Below, piece by piece: positions 36,961 to 51,916 of a stretch of DNA of 64,000 bases. How positions within the stretch are numbered: the first letter of the stretch is position 1; each line of letters starts with the position of its first letter. Source of the DNA: Octopus vulgaris (lineage: Eukaryota); assembly GCA_951406725.2 (NCBI GenBank), contig OX597815.1, positions 103,912,001 to 103,976,000 of the forward strand. The letters run 5' to 3'. The notes under the pieces are model-generated. The model had not been told where the DNA came from and ran no database searches. It saw nothing but the letters and a program-made list of their open reading frames with translations. The position numbers and the translations under genes are program-made.

Positions 36961-37957
36961 TATTATTTAAATAGAAAAAAGTAACATCTTTAAGCTTTCT
37001 TCGTATCTCCAAGATTATTTAGGGCATGTCACGGAATACAAGTGAAATAACTCTGATAAATGCAGAGTTAACCCATAACTTAAATACGCTATTCAGGAAC
37101 AAGAGCAGACGTACTGTTTATCAAATAAATTTTATTTACAATGCTTCGGTCATTCAAAATTCATGGCAGAATACACTTGTCCAAGTTGCCGTGCAGTTCT
37201 TTTGAATCTGAACCCGCTTAGTTGCGAAACAATCATCTGACCTATACAGCAAACCTATTAGACACACATTTTTACGGTACGTGGATTCCATTGTCTAATT
37301 ACAGAAATGAAATGAGATTTAAAAAATAAATTTGTGTTTTTTGTTGAGATACAAAGAAAATACAGCTTCGAAATTGTTGGTAATAAAGTTTATAATATAC
37401 ATCTATACACTGTTTACAGTCAATCCGACATGAGGCATTAAGTGAAGTTTTCGAAGCGGTTTATTATACTCCTGACGGTTAACGGGATGAAGATTATTTG
37501 TGGATTATTTATAATGCAGCTTATTTTAAGTCACAGCATAATGTGTATGTAGCTATAAACATGGAACAGTATATATACTCACGTGTATACAAATATCAGT
37601 ACACAGCACAGTAAACATAAAGAAGTGAAGACAGAGAACCATATACATAGATATACTGAAAGAGAACAGTAGTATACAGTTATGAAGATAGAGCACAATG
37701 TATATGCAGGCAGAGCACAATGTACATAGGCGTTTAGGATAACGATGATGATAATGTATAAATAGTTATGATGAGAGAGCACGCTATACGCACATATGCA
37801 TTTATATAAAGATATTTACATACATATGTGTGAATATAGATGGAATTAAAGTCTTAAAGCACGTCTGCTTTTCTACTGCATGTGTGAATTTGTAACTCCT
37901 ATTAGCGAATGAAACATATATAATAGTGAGTAAACAATGCGAAAAATAAACCCTGTT

Positions 37958-38026
<69 letters not shown>

Positions 38027-38063
38027 CAGACAGACAGTCAGACACACACAGAAAGATAGATAG

Positions 38064-38094
<31 letters not shown>

Positions 38095-39887
38095 TATAGT
38101 AATAAATACATAGAACAATGATGTACATAGACTTCACTTCATTCACGGGGGAGTTAGAAGTAAATCACTTCGCAATCATGGGGCCTTTTCTGATTTCGCT
38201 CCGTGACATTTAGGGTAAACGTCTTCTATTATAGCCTCAGATCACTCCAAGGCTTCTGACTGAAACTGACAATTGACAAAACGTAAACTGTAGGACTGTT
38301 CTTGTAATTCAAAATGCCAGCTTTATCGCACTCTGTATCATACTGATTTTGTCTCAATATTAAGTCGATGTTGCACGTGATTATGGAATACTCAGCCGTT
38401 TAAAGACGCATACAATGAGTAGGTAGATGAACTGAACGAAATTGAACTACTTACTTATTGTAGGTAATTGTAGGACGATTCATTTTCTTTATAAGAATGT
38501 AAAGAGAGAGAGAGAACATTACATGAAACACATGGAGACAGCCTAGAGTATATAGACGTGGAAATAGTGAAAATTAAATTGAGCTATTTTCTTTGTATAG
38601 ATCTTAGTTAATGTTTTGAATAGTTTTCTATGTTCAGTATTTAATCTTAAAGTAGATACAGTTATTCTCCATAGGACGCTTTCTAGAATCATATTTATTT
38701 TCTGCATTAATCATTTAATATTTCAAACTCATTACTTTGGTTCCTTTATAGTTTATACATTGCAGCACCTGACACCAAATACAGACACGCGTTTTTGCTA
38801 CTACACTACCTAATCGTATTTTAATATACCTAAGGGTATTTGTTTTAATGCACCTAATACAATACAAATCAGTAGTTTCTTTCGATAAACTTTAACTTGC
38901 AACAAAGCCACTCATATTATCACTATAACTATAAGTTTTAAAAGTATATATTGTTTCAGACTAAAAAAAAAAAGTAATATCACCTAACTGAACTACTATT
39001 AATAATTATGGATATGATTTAGTGAGTTAAAATATAATTTAAACGGAAAGCAAGAATATAAATACCGTAGTTATATTGAGGTGAAATTTGGAACTAAGTG
39101 GAATAGCTGCAATCTAACAAACTTAATTGATATATGAGAATATTATCTGCATACATTTTATTTATTTCTAGATTCATTATTTATTAATATCGTCAAACTA
39201 GGCTGTATTTGCAAGACAATACTCAGCACCACAGTACAGATGTGGTTGCTTTGTATCACGTCCCCGGAATTTTGTTGTATAGAGTTGGAAATAACTTTAT
39301 ACTTGCTAATTTACCTTATTAATATTGGTAACTGAAAATTGTTTACCAGCATAATCTAGATGCTACATAGACATGGAAGATGGAGCATTTAAGTCCTAGA
39401 AAGGATACACTGGTAAACAATTTCAAAAACCCGTTATTCATACATACAGGCAGAAAAATATACTCGCAAACACATACGCATGCACATACATGTACAGACA
39501 CTTTCGGACACATATACATATATTCACATATATGTGTATATACATGCATGTGTATGTGTGTGGGGGGGGTGTTTGTGTGTGTGCACAGGCATACCTCGAC
39601 TTCTGTCGCTTCGATTTAAGTCGTTCTCGATTATACGTCGGTTTTCAAAAATAATATATGGGAAAATAAAAATCAAGTTAAGTCATTTTATACGACTTTA
39701 CGTCTGTCCGCCACTAGAAAACCGTTAAAAGCACATAACATCTGTACAATACATAAGAATAAAATCATATTAAAATACGTACAGTAAATGTTAAGATACG
39801 TACCATAAAGCTGTGCAGCTTCTTGAACGAAATCATGAAATCAGCTCATATTACAGTGTTGTTCCAATAGCTACCGTTAGACGTTGT

Positions 39888-40464
39888 CTTCTTCTTCTTC
39901 TTCTTCTTCTTCTTCTTCTTCTTCTTCTTCTTCTTCTTCTTCTTCTTCTTCTTCTTCTTCTTCTTCTTCTTCTTCTTCTTCTTCCAATCAGGACTCACGC
40001 CATTAGCTACAATGAATAATCTGTAATTGGAGTCTACTCTAAGCTACTAAGAATGCGTGTGGCAACTTGAAGATCCACCCACCACACGCGATAGACTGGC
40101 GGTTGCACGGGCGTGAAAGTTACGTTGTTATCCTCATTCCGTATACGGTGGCTTTTTAACGGGTGGAGAGCTGAACCATCCTGGGGTACAGAGGATTCGC
40201 AATCTAGACTAGGGTCTGAAAGTTTACCACACCATAGTGGGCTACACCATGGTTCCTCTGCTTTGTGGAAGAAGTAGGAAGAAAGAGTTAGAGAAAGTTG
40301 TGGTGAAAGTGTACAGCGAGGTGCACCAGTCTCCCCCACCGGAGCCTCGTGGAGCTTAGGTGTTTTTGCTCAATAAACACTCGCAATGCCTGGTTTGGGA
40401 ATCGAAACCGCGTTCTTACGACCGCGAGTCCGCTGCCCTAACCACTGGGTCATTGCGCCTCCAC
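39888..40464 (-). mobile_element. full-length tRNA-derived SINE with (GAA)n tail and 9-bp TSD
   Basis: Head GTGGAGGCGCAATGACCCAGTGGTTAGGGCAGCGGACTCGCGG...GGTTTCGATTCCC; TSD AGACGTTGT at 39879-39887 and 40465-40473; ~95-nt (CTT)n on the + strand. Confidence 0.9.
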
Positions 40465-40577
40465 AGACGTTGTTGTCACTCGTTATTCCTGCGATTGTTT
40501 TGAGTACAGATTTGTTTGCATCTGTTTATTGGCTACTTCCTCATTCTCATGCATTTGTGACATTATTTTTTACCCCC

Positions 40578-41731
40578 ATGGCTCCTAAGAAAATTCATAG
40601 TGAAACTGTTAATCGTCATGCTATAATGCTGGAAGATAAACTGGCTAAGATATAACGCCATGAAGAAGGTGGAAAAGTGGTAGCAATTGCACGATCTTTT
40701 GGAATGAGTCGGACAACTGTATCGATGATTGTACAGAATAAGGACAATATTTTAGCACATATCAAATCTGAAGCCCCAGAGATGAAGAACACTGTCATCA
40801 ATAAGAAAAGAGGCAAAAACTTTGAACAAATGGAAAGTCTTTTTTCTCTTTGGATTGAAAGGTTGAATCGTCAGCGTGTTACTGTTAGTCGAAAAATCAT
40901 TCAAGAGAAAGCGTTGTCTCTGAGGACCTGAAGAAAAAATATCGAGATGAGAAAGATGCAGAGCTCAAAGTACTGCAGGGAGAAGGGGATTCTTTTTAAG
41001 GTTTTAATTATCTTAGATAATACTGCTGACCACCCGCAAAACATCATAGATTTTGACCCCAACATTACCGTGGTATAACTCCCTCCGAACACCACGTCTC
41101 TTCTGCAGCCAATGCGGCAAGCAATAGCTGCAACTGATCTTGATGAGTTCATCAAACTTCGTGACTTTTGGAAGAGATATGGTATCTACAAGGCTGTACA
41201 GAACATAGCAGTAGCATGGAATGATGTACAGAGCACGGCTATGAACGGTGTATGGAAGAAGCTATACCCGCAACTAAGTAGTTTGATAATGTTGCCATCA
41301 ACAAAACTTTGGTGACAACGAGCAAAGAATTGGAAATGGATTTTGAGGAGGAGGATTTCACAGATTTATTTGAAAGAGACAAGCAGCCCCTGACGAACGA
41401 GGATTTGATAGAGTTTCACGAGCACCAAAATAAAGAAGAAAAGGAAGTCAAACTTGAGCCACGTAATTTTACCATTAAGAAAATGCAGCAAGCATTTGCA
41501 TATATCTAAAAAGGTCTTTCTATGTTCGATGATATGGATCCGAATGCTCAACGCTTTTCCAAGATTATTGGGGCTTGTCACGAAGCTTTTGCTCCTTATA
41601 ATGTAATTCTCAAGGAAAAGAAGACAATTCAAAGAACTCTCAACCGGTTATTTAAGCGCATTGAATAACAAGAACAGCCAGAGTCAGCTGTTGATGTTGA
41701 CGATCCACAGCCATCTACATCCGCGATGTAA
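40578..41731 (+). pseudogene. Tigger1-like transposase pseudogene (CENP-B-type HTH plus partial DDE)
   Basis: MAPKK..., IARSFGMSRTTVSMIVQNKD, MESLFSLWIE, IIQEKALSL, KVLIILDNTADHP, PPNTTSLLQPM, AWNDV, GVWKKLYP, PLTNEDLIE; stops, frameshifts and a large deletion. Confidence 0.85.
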
Positions 41732-41994
41732 ACCAAGAAATTGTATGTACGTATTGTTAAATTTGAAATAATTTAGTTTTTTTTTTATTATTGCAAAATA
41801 ATAATAATTACTGAATTTGTTTTTTAAGCTTAAAAAGGGCTATTATTTGACTGTTTCATTGCAAGCTGCATTTATAAATAAAGTACAGAATTGAGAATGG
41901 TTATTATCGGTTTAGCCCTAGAGGCAATTTAATTCAACTTAAAGATTGGTTCCAGTCTCCTGGAACCAATTAACGGCGCAGGCTGAGGTATGCT

Positions 41995-42045
<51 letters not shown>

Positions 42046-43000
42046 GTCAGTAATCATGATCAGAAGAAAATACACTTATATTATCGCAGGCACATTCTCA
42101 AATACTATTAAAACGAAATAGGAGAAAATACAGAATAAACAGAAAAAACAGAAACGGGAACCTTCCAATGTTGGGGCGTACATTAATCATGCTTATGTTA
42201 ACAGTTTAAGTTTCTCTTTCAAACAGTGAACAAATAAATATGTGCATTTTTCACGAATAACTAGTGAGTGGAAATTATGCGTTATGTGAATGTGCATAAT
42301 ATGGGTTTATGAATTCATAGCGTCATATAGTCAATGTGTAGTCGTCTACACATGCGCAACACCATCAAAAGCCGAAATATAGAACAAAGTTCATGGCTGT
42401 CTTTCAGTATAGCAAAGATAGATAACTCGTTATTTTCTGGTGGGTTATATTGGGTCCAAGTCAATATAATGTACCACTATATGTTTATAGCCGCATGTAG
42501 TAGTTGCGTTTTATGCACAATTTGTAGCTACCTCCTGGGAATGGATATTACTTTGATGAATAGTGTTTTTAAGTGGGAAAAATCTCCAATAGAGAAACAC
42601 TTAACACCTTAAATGTCTCTCAAGAGAGTCACCACATATACCAGCAAAGTAATACCAACGCCACCACAAAGTGATTATAGATTTAACATGAATTAGATAT
42701 TGCGGAATTTATGAACAAAAAAAAATGGAAGTCTTATCGTTTATTAAGAAGGTTAAGAAAAGTGATTTACTGGTTCGATCTAGTTATTATATTCAAACAA
42801 TGTTCTTTTTCTTTACACATGTTCTTTTATTTCTCAAACCCATAGATGGTTACTTTAGCATTCTTGTCTATGTCATTGGACACTGAAATTAGACATTCAT
42901 ACGGTTAATCATTTAAGTTAAAATTCAGTCCATATTAAAACTGATGTTTCAAATTTCAAATTCGAATATACCATTTCATTCATATATATATATATATATA

Positions 43001-43112
43001 TTGGCCTGCTCGCTTAGCCAGCGGGGTGGCGTCATTCGAAGGCTAAAACAATGCGACCGCATTGTGACCAGCGATGTGTAGCAACATCTGATGGTCTGGT
43101 CGGTCACGTGAT

Positions 43113-43119
<7 letters not shown>
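43001..43119 (+). mobile_element. short interspersed-repeat fragment (probably a SINE 3' end) embedded in (TA)n
   Basis: GC-rich 119-bp island between TA arrays, ending in tandem GTCACGTGATCACGTGAT. Confidence 0.45.
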
Positions 43120-43169
<50 letters not shown>

Positions 43170-43495
43170 AGCAAAAAGACCACCCTCGGACGGTTTTCTG
43201 CTAGCCCCTTGATAATATTTTCACATTTGATTCTCATTTCTAATAATTTTTATATTTTACGTCTAATTATTTCTTTGTATAATAGTGCTCACTTGCTTAG
43301 TAAATATTGCTTTCATTCTTTTATCACAGTCATAATCTCTCTTTCGTAAACAAACATCACGGTTGTCCAACAACAGAGGGAGAAGCATGTTGTCAAATTA
43401 TACTTTCCCCTCGAAGCAACATAGAGATTTCAATTCAGCAATCCATCTGTAAGCTTTACAGTGTGTTTGTATGAGAGAGAGAGGAGAGAGAGAAA

Positions 43496-43553
<58 letters not shown>

Positions 43554-43964
43554 ATTGCAAACAATGAATGAAATAAGCACGAAATGAAAAAATGGTATAA
43601 ATAAAAGGGCAGTACTGCAGATGTATACGCTCCCGACTTTGTTGCCTCAAAACATCCAGAAAAATGGATACTTTTTAACAATTATGAATTTTTAACAATT
43701 ATGAATTTTTAACAATTAGGAATTTTTTGCAACCCACTCCCTGCCCCGATTGTTTCTGTTTAGAAATTAAAATATTGGAGAACCTAAGAAGGTCGTTTAT
43801 CCACAGTGGTTTTTAAAAATTGCGGAGATGTACTTGCATAGCAAGTTACTTGATCTGAGATCATGTGGTGAAACAAAAGCAATTGCAGCTGGGAAGATAT
43901 TTGTAAACCATTGAAGAACACACAAATACCGTTAGCTTCACTTCAACATTAAAACTTCATTTGT

Positions 43965-44009
43965 GTCAAAATATTTTCGTCGCTTTAAAACCGCAACCTA
44001 TTCACTGAC
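43965..44009 (-). ncRNA. minimal hammerhead-like motif (G3-U8 core) in a probable PLE remnant
   Basis: Minus strand: GUCA-GUGAAUA-G-GUUGC(GGUUUUAAA)GCGAC-GAAA-AUAU-UU-UGAC, with stem I GUCA/UGAC and palindromic AAUAUU stem III. Confidence 0.6.
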
Positions 44010-44065
44010 AAAACTTCACTAAAAGTGATGCAGCACGAAGTTTTGTCATTGAATAGCAGTGAATA

Positions 44066-44104
<39 letters not shown>

Positions 44105-44130
44105 CACGCACACACACACACACACACATG

Positions 44131-44171
<41 letters not shown>

Positions 44172-45478
44172 ATTGCCTTACGTTTGTGTATATGTGTCTT
44201 TATGCCTGTACGCGAGTGTGTATTGGTGTGTGTGTGCGTGTGTCACTGTATAAATAATATTTTGAAACTGTGAATAAGGTGCAATTTTTGAGTACTTGTC
44301 GGTAATATTTTGTTTCTTTTTTTCTCCTCGTCTTCTAACAGTAATTACCTAACTGGACTCTTCTAACAGCTATCCTGTGTTCATTCAATAAATAATATTT
44401 TTACATTAGATATACATTAATAGTGAATTAAACTTAAAAGAGAAAGTGAGAGACTTTGCAAATGAAAATGGAATACTCTACAGTGAATGCGATGAATATT
44501 TAAACTTGTGACGAAATGGACGCAGTGAATATTTAAATTTGCGAGAAATTGGGGTTTTCAAAATTCAATAGACTTCATAAATATAGGAAATTTCATAGAA
44601 TATATAAAAATATTTCCAGACGGTCAAACCCTTTAATAATAGCTTTCTTTTAGTACTTTTAGTAATTGTTACTTACCAAATTAATAAGCAGCTTTCTCCA
44701 TTATAGTATAGTGTGTATATATATTGCTTAATCACACTAACATGTATACATGTAATTATGTATGTATGTATGTATGTATGTATGTATGTATGTATGTAGT
44801 GAATCAATTTCAAATTACGGCTATGATATAGTAAAATATCTCATATAAACATACAAAGTGGAAAAGTTCAGAAACAGAAAAGTACGATAAATAAACTGTC
44901 ACACAGTAAAGTATACTGCAACTAAATATAGAGGTATGTTAGTGTGTTTAAGAAATTACTTTCCTATGTGGTTTTGGGGCTGAGTTTAGCATCGGTGCCC
45001 GAAAGAGACGCAGCTTTCTTATACCTTTGGAGTTTACCAATGATTTAACCAAAAAAAAAATATAGTAAAAAGATTGAACTGCTATGAATGAAATTGCTTC
45101 ATATTTACAGCGAAAAATACTAGCCTTATCATAGAGAATATTGTCTATTTATGCACGGTATTCACTATACAGATATAAACACGAAGTTCCTAATTCAGTG
45201 GAATGTCTAGAAACTCAACAGCAAAAGTAACAACGTCAAAAATAATAAACAAGATTGCAGACCAACACCGTAGTCGTTACGAAATACATAAATCATTCAG
45301 AAAGGAAGCGGATGTTTTAGTCTGGCCTTAACAGCTATAGCGCAAACAATTAAAAGCGACGCTAAGATATGGCCTTGGACATAAAAGACAAAGCAAAATG
45401 AAATAAATAAAAAAACAGAATTACAATGATAGGCAACCCTCTCTCTTTCTCTCTTAACCTCTATCTGCGCGTGTGTGT

Positions 45479-45529
<51 letters not shown>

Positions 45530-45599
45530 CATACATGTATACATACATATATACATAAATACATACATGCATACATACATACATACATACATACATACA

Positions 45600-45631
<32 letters not shown>

Positions 45632-45904
45632 CATACATAATGCCTAATTGTATCTAGAGAGATTTATTCTGCCAATAAAAACACGCACTAGCTGTTGTTC
45701 ACTTGTTCACTTTATTATTGTGAATTAAGTAAACAATTAATAAAATATACGTTGTTTCACTTATCAATGGCCACAATGTGAACGCATTTTTGGTTTATGA
45801 GTAGTCAGGGAGTAGATGCGTGATGAAGGTACACAGTTGCTGATGATGATCACACACACATACACAAAAAACAGGATGCACGTATACAAATGTGCAAGTC
45901 TTCA

Positions 45905-45953
<49 letters not shown>

Positions 45954-46123
45954 CAAACAAGCGACAAGGATGTCCAGGTATCAGTGCATTACGGCCGTTT
46001 ATATATATATATATGCCTGTGTGTGTATACAGTTATTCCCTTATTTGCAGATATACTCCTCCACTAAGCTATATATATATGTATATATGTATGTATGTAT
46101 TATGTATGCATGTATGTATGTAT

Positions 46124-46169
<46 letters not shown>

Positions 46170-46170
<1 letters not shown>

Positions 46171-46360
46171 TAATCCAAACAAGAAAGCACAAAAACCCAA
46201 CAATGCGAGGACGTGAAACAAATATAGTATTATTGGACGCTCAGGAAAGAAGGAAAGAAGGAGGGTTTAACGTTTAGAGCGGAGCTCTTCGTCGGAAACA
46301 TAGGAGAAAGAAAGATCCAGAGAAGGGAAGACAGAGGAAAAAAATCGCCAACGGTACACC
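46170..46360 (-). mobile_element. PLE pseudo-LTR-like repeat between (TA)n arrays
   Basis: Colinear with 33168-33366; minus strand CCGACGA-A-GAGC-UCC-GCUC-UAAA-CGUU. Confidence 0.6.
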
Positions 46361-46392
<32 letters not shown>

Positions 46393-46646
46393 GCCTCTGT
46401 GTGTATTTGCGTGGACATAGTCCCTGTGGGTGCCCAACCGCGAGATTGTAACACTAAATCAAACATCCACCGTTGCCACGATAATTTTGCTTGGGGGTTA
46501 TGTTTAGCGTACATATAGCTACCTCAGTCACTTGTACGCCAATTTAGCGTCAATGTAGTTCAGTTGGTCAATTAAGGAAAATTCTCGATCGGAAATTGCA
46601 ACAGACATTCACTTATATACACACACTAACACTCTCAACACACACA

Positions 46647-46697
<51 letters not shown>

Positions 46698-47749
46698 ATT
46701 CACTCACACACACACCACACTCACGCTCTCACACAAACGCATACTCACTCACACGCTGAAAGAATCACATATACGTACATACACGCATATATATATGCGC
46801 ATGCATATCGTGTTCCGTATCGTATTCCTGCACTTATTCGTGATGATCGCAATTATTATGTTCAGCCATTGAGGTGTAGTCAAGTTAGTTCACTGCCATG
46901 AATGCTGAAGTAGCTTTTATCCCGTTCATACAATTTACTAAATGAGAGTTTTTGATGCTCTCTTCATTTGTATATTTTTCTCAGTTCGAAGATTAGCTCC
47001 ATTTTCAATGCCAAGGTTAGTAGCATCCTCACCAAGACTTTTTCCAGCATAAATTACTGTGTATCTTTTTCTTCTTTGTATCAAGGATTAGAGAATTAGA
47101 GCCTTCAAATAACGCCCAGAAGGGAGCTTCTACACAGGATCAGTCCTTTGTGTTGAACCAGTTTATTGCTTGCAGTTAAGTATTGAACATGATTCTCTGA
47201 ACGCATCACAACTGGAGGATTAATTCTGCCGACTGAATGAGTGTCTTCCAGAATAATAATATTACTTCTTGTTATATTGTTCTAAATGTTGCCATTTTAG
47301 CAATATACACATGAAATGTTACGTAATTACCTCGTTATAATTCCCAATCCGCCATCACTTTGTAATGTATTGGATATTTGATACAGAAGTGCTTGAAACA
47401 TTCCAGCAGGTTGTTTTCATCAGGCCACAAGTGTATGCTACATAAGTCCATTTGTAGAATTTTGACATCAGCAGAACTCTTTATTCCCTTTGATATTTTA
47501 TTATTATCAGTAAGGTAGTGAAAATAGCCGTTCTAATAACTGAATATCTCTAAAACGGCTATTACCAAAGAAATTGCCCAGAAATACTTACCGCGTTTCT
47601 TCATTTAAAATTCAATAGTTCCCAATATAAACAAGCACACAACAGAGACACATTACACATGCACATACGCGTGTGCGCGCACACACACACACATACACTT
47701 ACACACACAAGCACATACACATACATTTATAGACAGACAGACAGATAGG

Positions 47750-47820
<71 letters not shown>

Positions 47821-48349
47821 AGAGAGAGAGAGAGAGACTGACAGATGAACAGATGAATGGATGGATGGATAGATAAAAGTATAGATATAGGTATATGTAG
47901 TTACAAGCACACACACACATATACATGTTCATATATATGTGTGTATGTGTGTGTAGAGAGAGAGAGAGAGAAAGAGAGAGAGATAATGAAAGATTTGTCG
48001 AAGCATATTATAGTAGAATGCGTGATTTAAATTAAGGTAAACGAAATAAAAAATCTTTGTGAGAATAGGGCAAAATTTAAAAGGCAACAGTTTCAAAGAA
48101 GTACTGCGATGAACTCTGATTTACATTTCAGTTATTGTCGTTTTCGTCGTTGCTTCTCTTGCTTTTGTCGTTTAGCACCAGCTTAAATTCGAATAGAATT
48201 ATAATTAAAAACATTCCAACAATAATATAAAGATATACAGCGCCACTGTCGTGTATCTATAGGCATTTGGGTAGACCACTTAGAGTAAAATACTCTAATT
48301 GCTAAGATTATTTTAACACATATTCGTACCTAATTTCAACACACGGCAA

Positions 48350-48820
48350 ACAGTATACAGGGGAGGGTGTAATCGATGCCAGTGACCCCAGTATTTGACT
48401 GGTACTTTATATAATTGACAACCGAATTGACCTTCGTGGTATTTAAATTGATAACGTAAAAAGCATTAAGAAATACTGCAAGGTATATTTAAGGGATCCA
48501 TCGCCTTAATCTGGTTTCTACTTCAGGTACAGGGCAATTAATTTACTATAAGAGAGACTTATATGCTTACATCCATCTCAGTTTGATTAATTTTTTTATC
48601 ACCGAGAGATGAAAGGCATAGCTGACATCGTGAAGATTTGAAATCAGAGCGAAAGAAATACCGCAAACAATTTTGTCCAATGCTAATGCTAAAAGATGTT
48701 TCTAATTTTTGCACAAGACCAAGAATTTTGAAGAGAGGTGATTAGTTGATTATCTCGACCTGAGCACTTGACTGGTATTATATCTTATAGACCCGGAAAG
48801 GATGGAAGGCAAAAATTACT
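48350..48820 (-). mobile_element. cluster of old SINE fragments
   Basis: Three degenerate GACCCCAGT..ACTGGTACTT / GATGAAAGGCA blocks. Confidence 0.55.
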
Positions 48821-49127
48821 TTGGGTAATATATATATTACCCGACCGTAATATATATATTTAAAATTGTTTTCGATTTGCCTTGGGTCCTTGGGTTCACT
48901 TTCTTATCCATATCTAGCACAACCGAAAGTAGGTGGAGAGAAAACTACAAAGCAGTAAATGTTCAATACTTTATTTATCAACACGAGGCAAACATGACTA
49001 TGGCGAAAATTGAAAAAAGAAATGTCCGAAACGGTAAAACAATCTAACCGAATCCCAGCACGCCACGGCTGTATGGCCGCCTATTGTATGCGCGTGTATC
49101 TATGTACACACACACACACACACACAC

Positions 49128-49163
<36 letters not shown>

Positions 49164-51407
49164 GTAACGCTCGTCTCTTCCAATGTGTGGAAGAAACCAC
49201 GATTCATGTTTTGCTGCTTTAAGAATCGCGACCCAAAGCATCGTGTTGTCATTATGCCGTAAACCTATTCCGATAAAATCTCTAAGATAGAGGTAGTACG
49301 TTTAAAGTTAATTACAGATTAGTTCTACCATTCGAGAACACGTACAATTTATCCGACGAGTTTCCACACGGTTAGAATCTAACGAAATTTCTTCAGAATA
49401 TTAAAGTCGACATGTAGACTTTAGCATGAGGTACCTCGAACTGTCCTCACATTTGTAACTATTTGTTTGCAAAACCTTAAAATGTTAATATGTACTGACT
49501 TTTTTCACTTAAAAATTTATTTAATTTATTATTGCATTTCTTCTCGTTACTAGATGTTTAGTTACTGCCCCACATTTCAAACGGTTTTTTTTTTTGTAGA
49601 TTTTATTTATCATTCGCTGAGATCTTAGACTCTTTTAGCTATAGCGAATTTCTCTTCCGTGTTTGCTTCAGTTTTATAGCCAATTTATAAGAAGTATATA
49701 ATGACTCTAAATTCCGGATCTTTCGATATTTAACTTCTTCCAATATTTGTTCTGAATTTATCAAGATTTGCAATAATTCATTGCATTCATTGATGCAAAA
49801 TATTTTGGGATTCACTATTTTAGTAGAAAAACAGCTATTTATTTGAAGAGTGTCTTAAACTGAGGTTTTATTGATCTCTTATCAACAAAATGCTTCGGAA
49901 AACTGAAGTCAATTATTGACTCTATATGTGTTTTTCGCAAAGAACAAGATGATCTTTTGTAAATACATTAATCAATAAGAACGAACATCACAACCCATCA
50001 GTCATCAACACAAAGGCATACAAGAAAATATTTCTTTTTATTTCTGCGCTAGCAACCTTCCAGTTGCGTGCCGCAAAGATGACAAGTTAAATGCCCAATA
50101 ACCCACACCCTAGATGTGACCTTCGTATTCTGCCACTAGCCTGTGAGCTGATGCTTGTTACACCCACTCGCCCTATCGTATTTTTCGTCCTAGGTCTTTT
50201 AGATAAAGCAGCATACACTCACATATGCTTACTGCGGTTGAACATCACCCATGGGCACTACCAAATTATCTTTTAAGGTCCTATGAAACCCCACTTCCAT
50301 GTTCGTTGATCCAGAAGTGTATTGCTCTTCTATATTTCTGCGTGTTGTTACTCGCTTAAGAAAGTTATCTCTCATAGCATGCTTCCCACGTGTTTATTTT
50401 TCCTAAAGCCCACCCTCACCAAGAGACACTTTGTGGCTCCCTATGCCAAAAAAAAAAAGATACTATTTTTATTTTAAACAGTAAGTTTCTTTTCCTTCTC
50501 AATATCTGCGTTTTTCAATTTTATTCCTTATTTTATTCATCTTCGACATATTTTTTAATCTGCGAAAATTCTTTTAGAAGGTTGTTCCTACCAGTACTAC
50601 AACAATGAATGCCATCTTAATAAAAAATTTTCCCAACAGCAAAATATATATCCAAATTGTAATGTTTATTTTCTCTCACTAAAGGAGAAAACATATGGCC
50701 TTTCTATGTAGAAGGCCCACACAGACACACTAGTAAAAAAAAATCCAGTTGATAAAGTAATCCATGCAAAAATATGACCATTCAGCTCAAAACACAGGAA
50801 CAACAACAACAACAACATCGGTAATAATAATAATTACCATTAATGATAAATCAAGCAAACAACAAAAGGAATCTAATAATGGGCAAACCAGATGCATCGT
50901 CATGATCTAACATTTTATCTATGATGAGATCAGATGCTCCACTTTGTCGATTAAAACATTAAATTTAACTCTATGTTGAACCTTGTTTTGATTATATCTC
51001 ATCTTCATATCCCACACTGGCGGAATATTTACCAGTCTATGTTTCCATAACTGCATCCAGTGAGATTCTTTAGAAATATATAATCGTAGAATAGTACCGA
51101 ATATTTGCTCGATTTTAATCTTCGTATTTATTATGAACCACTCGAAATTACTAGTCAAGAATGGTGTCCAATGCTATTGTATTTAATGATCTAGACAACT
51201 ATACTTTCTAGCTGAGTAGCAAAGAGCCAACGTCGTTATTCATAGTAGCACAGAATTAATACCGTGATTTTGAATGTTTGACTATTGTTTACTTGTTACT
51301 AGATATGTATCTGTTACTTAAATTTGTTCCGATATTATTTAAATGTACCTTGAATGCAAGAATCTGTTTGTTAATATAGCAGTGTTAAACTTTCATTCCA
51401 AATCAGA

Positions 51408-51443
<36 letters not shown>

Positions 51444-51531
51444 TTGTGTACATATACATATATATATATATATATGTTTTATATATATACATATATATAT
51501 ATATACATATATATATACATATATATATATG

Positions 51532-51583
<52 letters not shown>

Positions 51584-51916
51584 TACATACATATATATAT
51601 GTATATATATATACATATACATATATATACATATGCATACATATACATACATATTCATATACACATACATACATATACATATATATATACATATATATAC
51701 ATACACATATACATATATATATATACATATACATACTTGTATATACATATATACATATATATACATACACACATACATATATACATATATATACATATAC
51801 ATACTTGTATATATGTATGTATATGCATATGTATATATATATATGTGTGTATATGTATGTGTATATGTGTATATGTATGTATATGTATATATATGTGTGT
51901 CTCTGTGTGTGTGTAT
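51408..51916. repeat. compound (TA)n/(TACA)n/(TG)n microsatellite (one of dozens in the window)
   Basis: Read directly; source of many spurious ORFs. Confidence 0.95.

Larger units (their letters stand above)
39586..41996 (+). mobile_element. Tigger/pogo DNA transposon, internally deleted, with a nested SINE
   Basis: TIRs CAGGCATACCTC (39586) and GAGGTATGCTTG (ends 41996, followed by TA); encloses a transposase pseudogene. Confidence 0.85.

Noticed and set aside
40400-40464. tRNA gene
   Set aside because: tRNA-like head of a SINE with a TSD and tail; no complete cloverleaf or Pol III terminator. The same applies to the other SINE heads.
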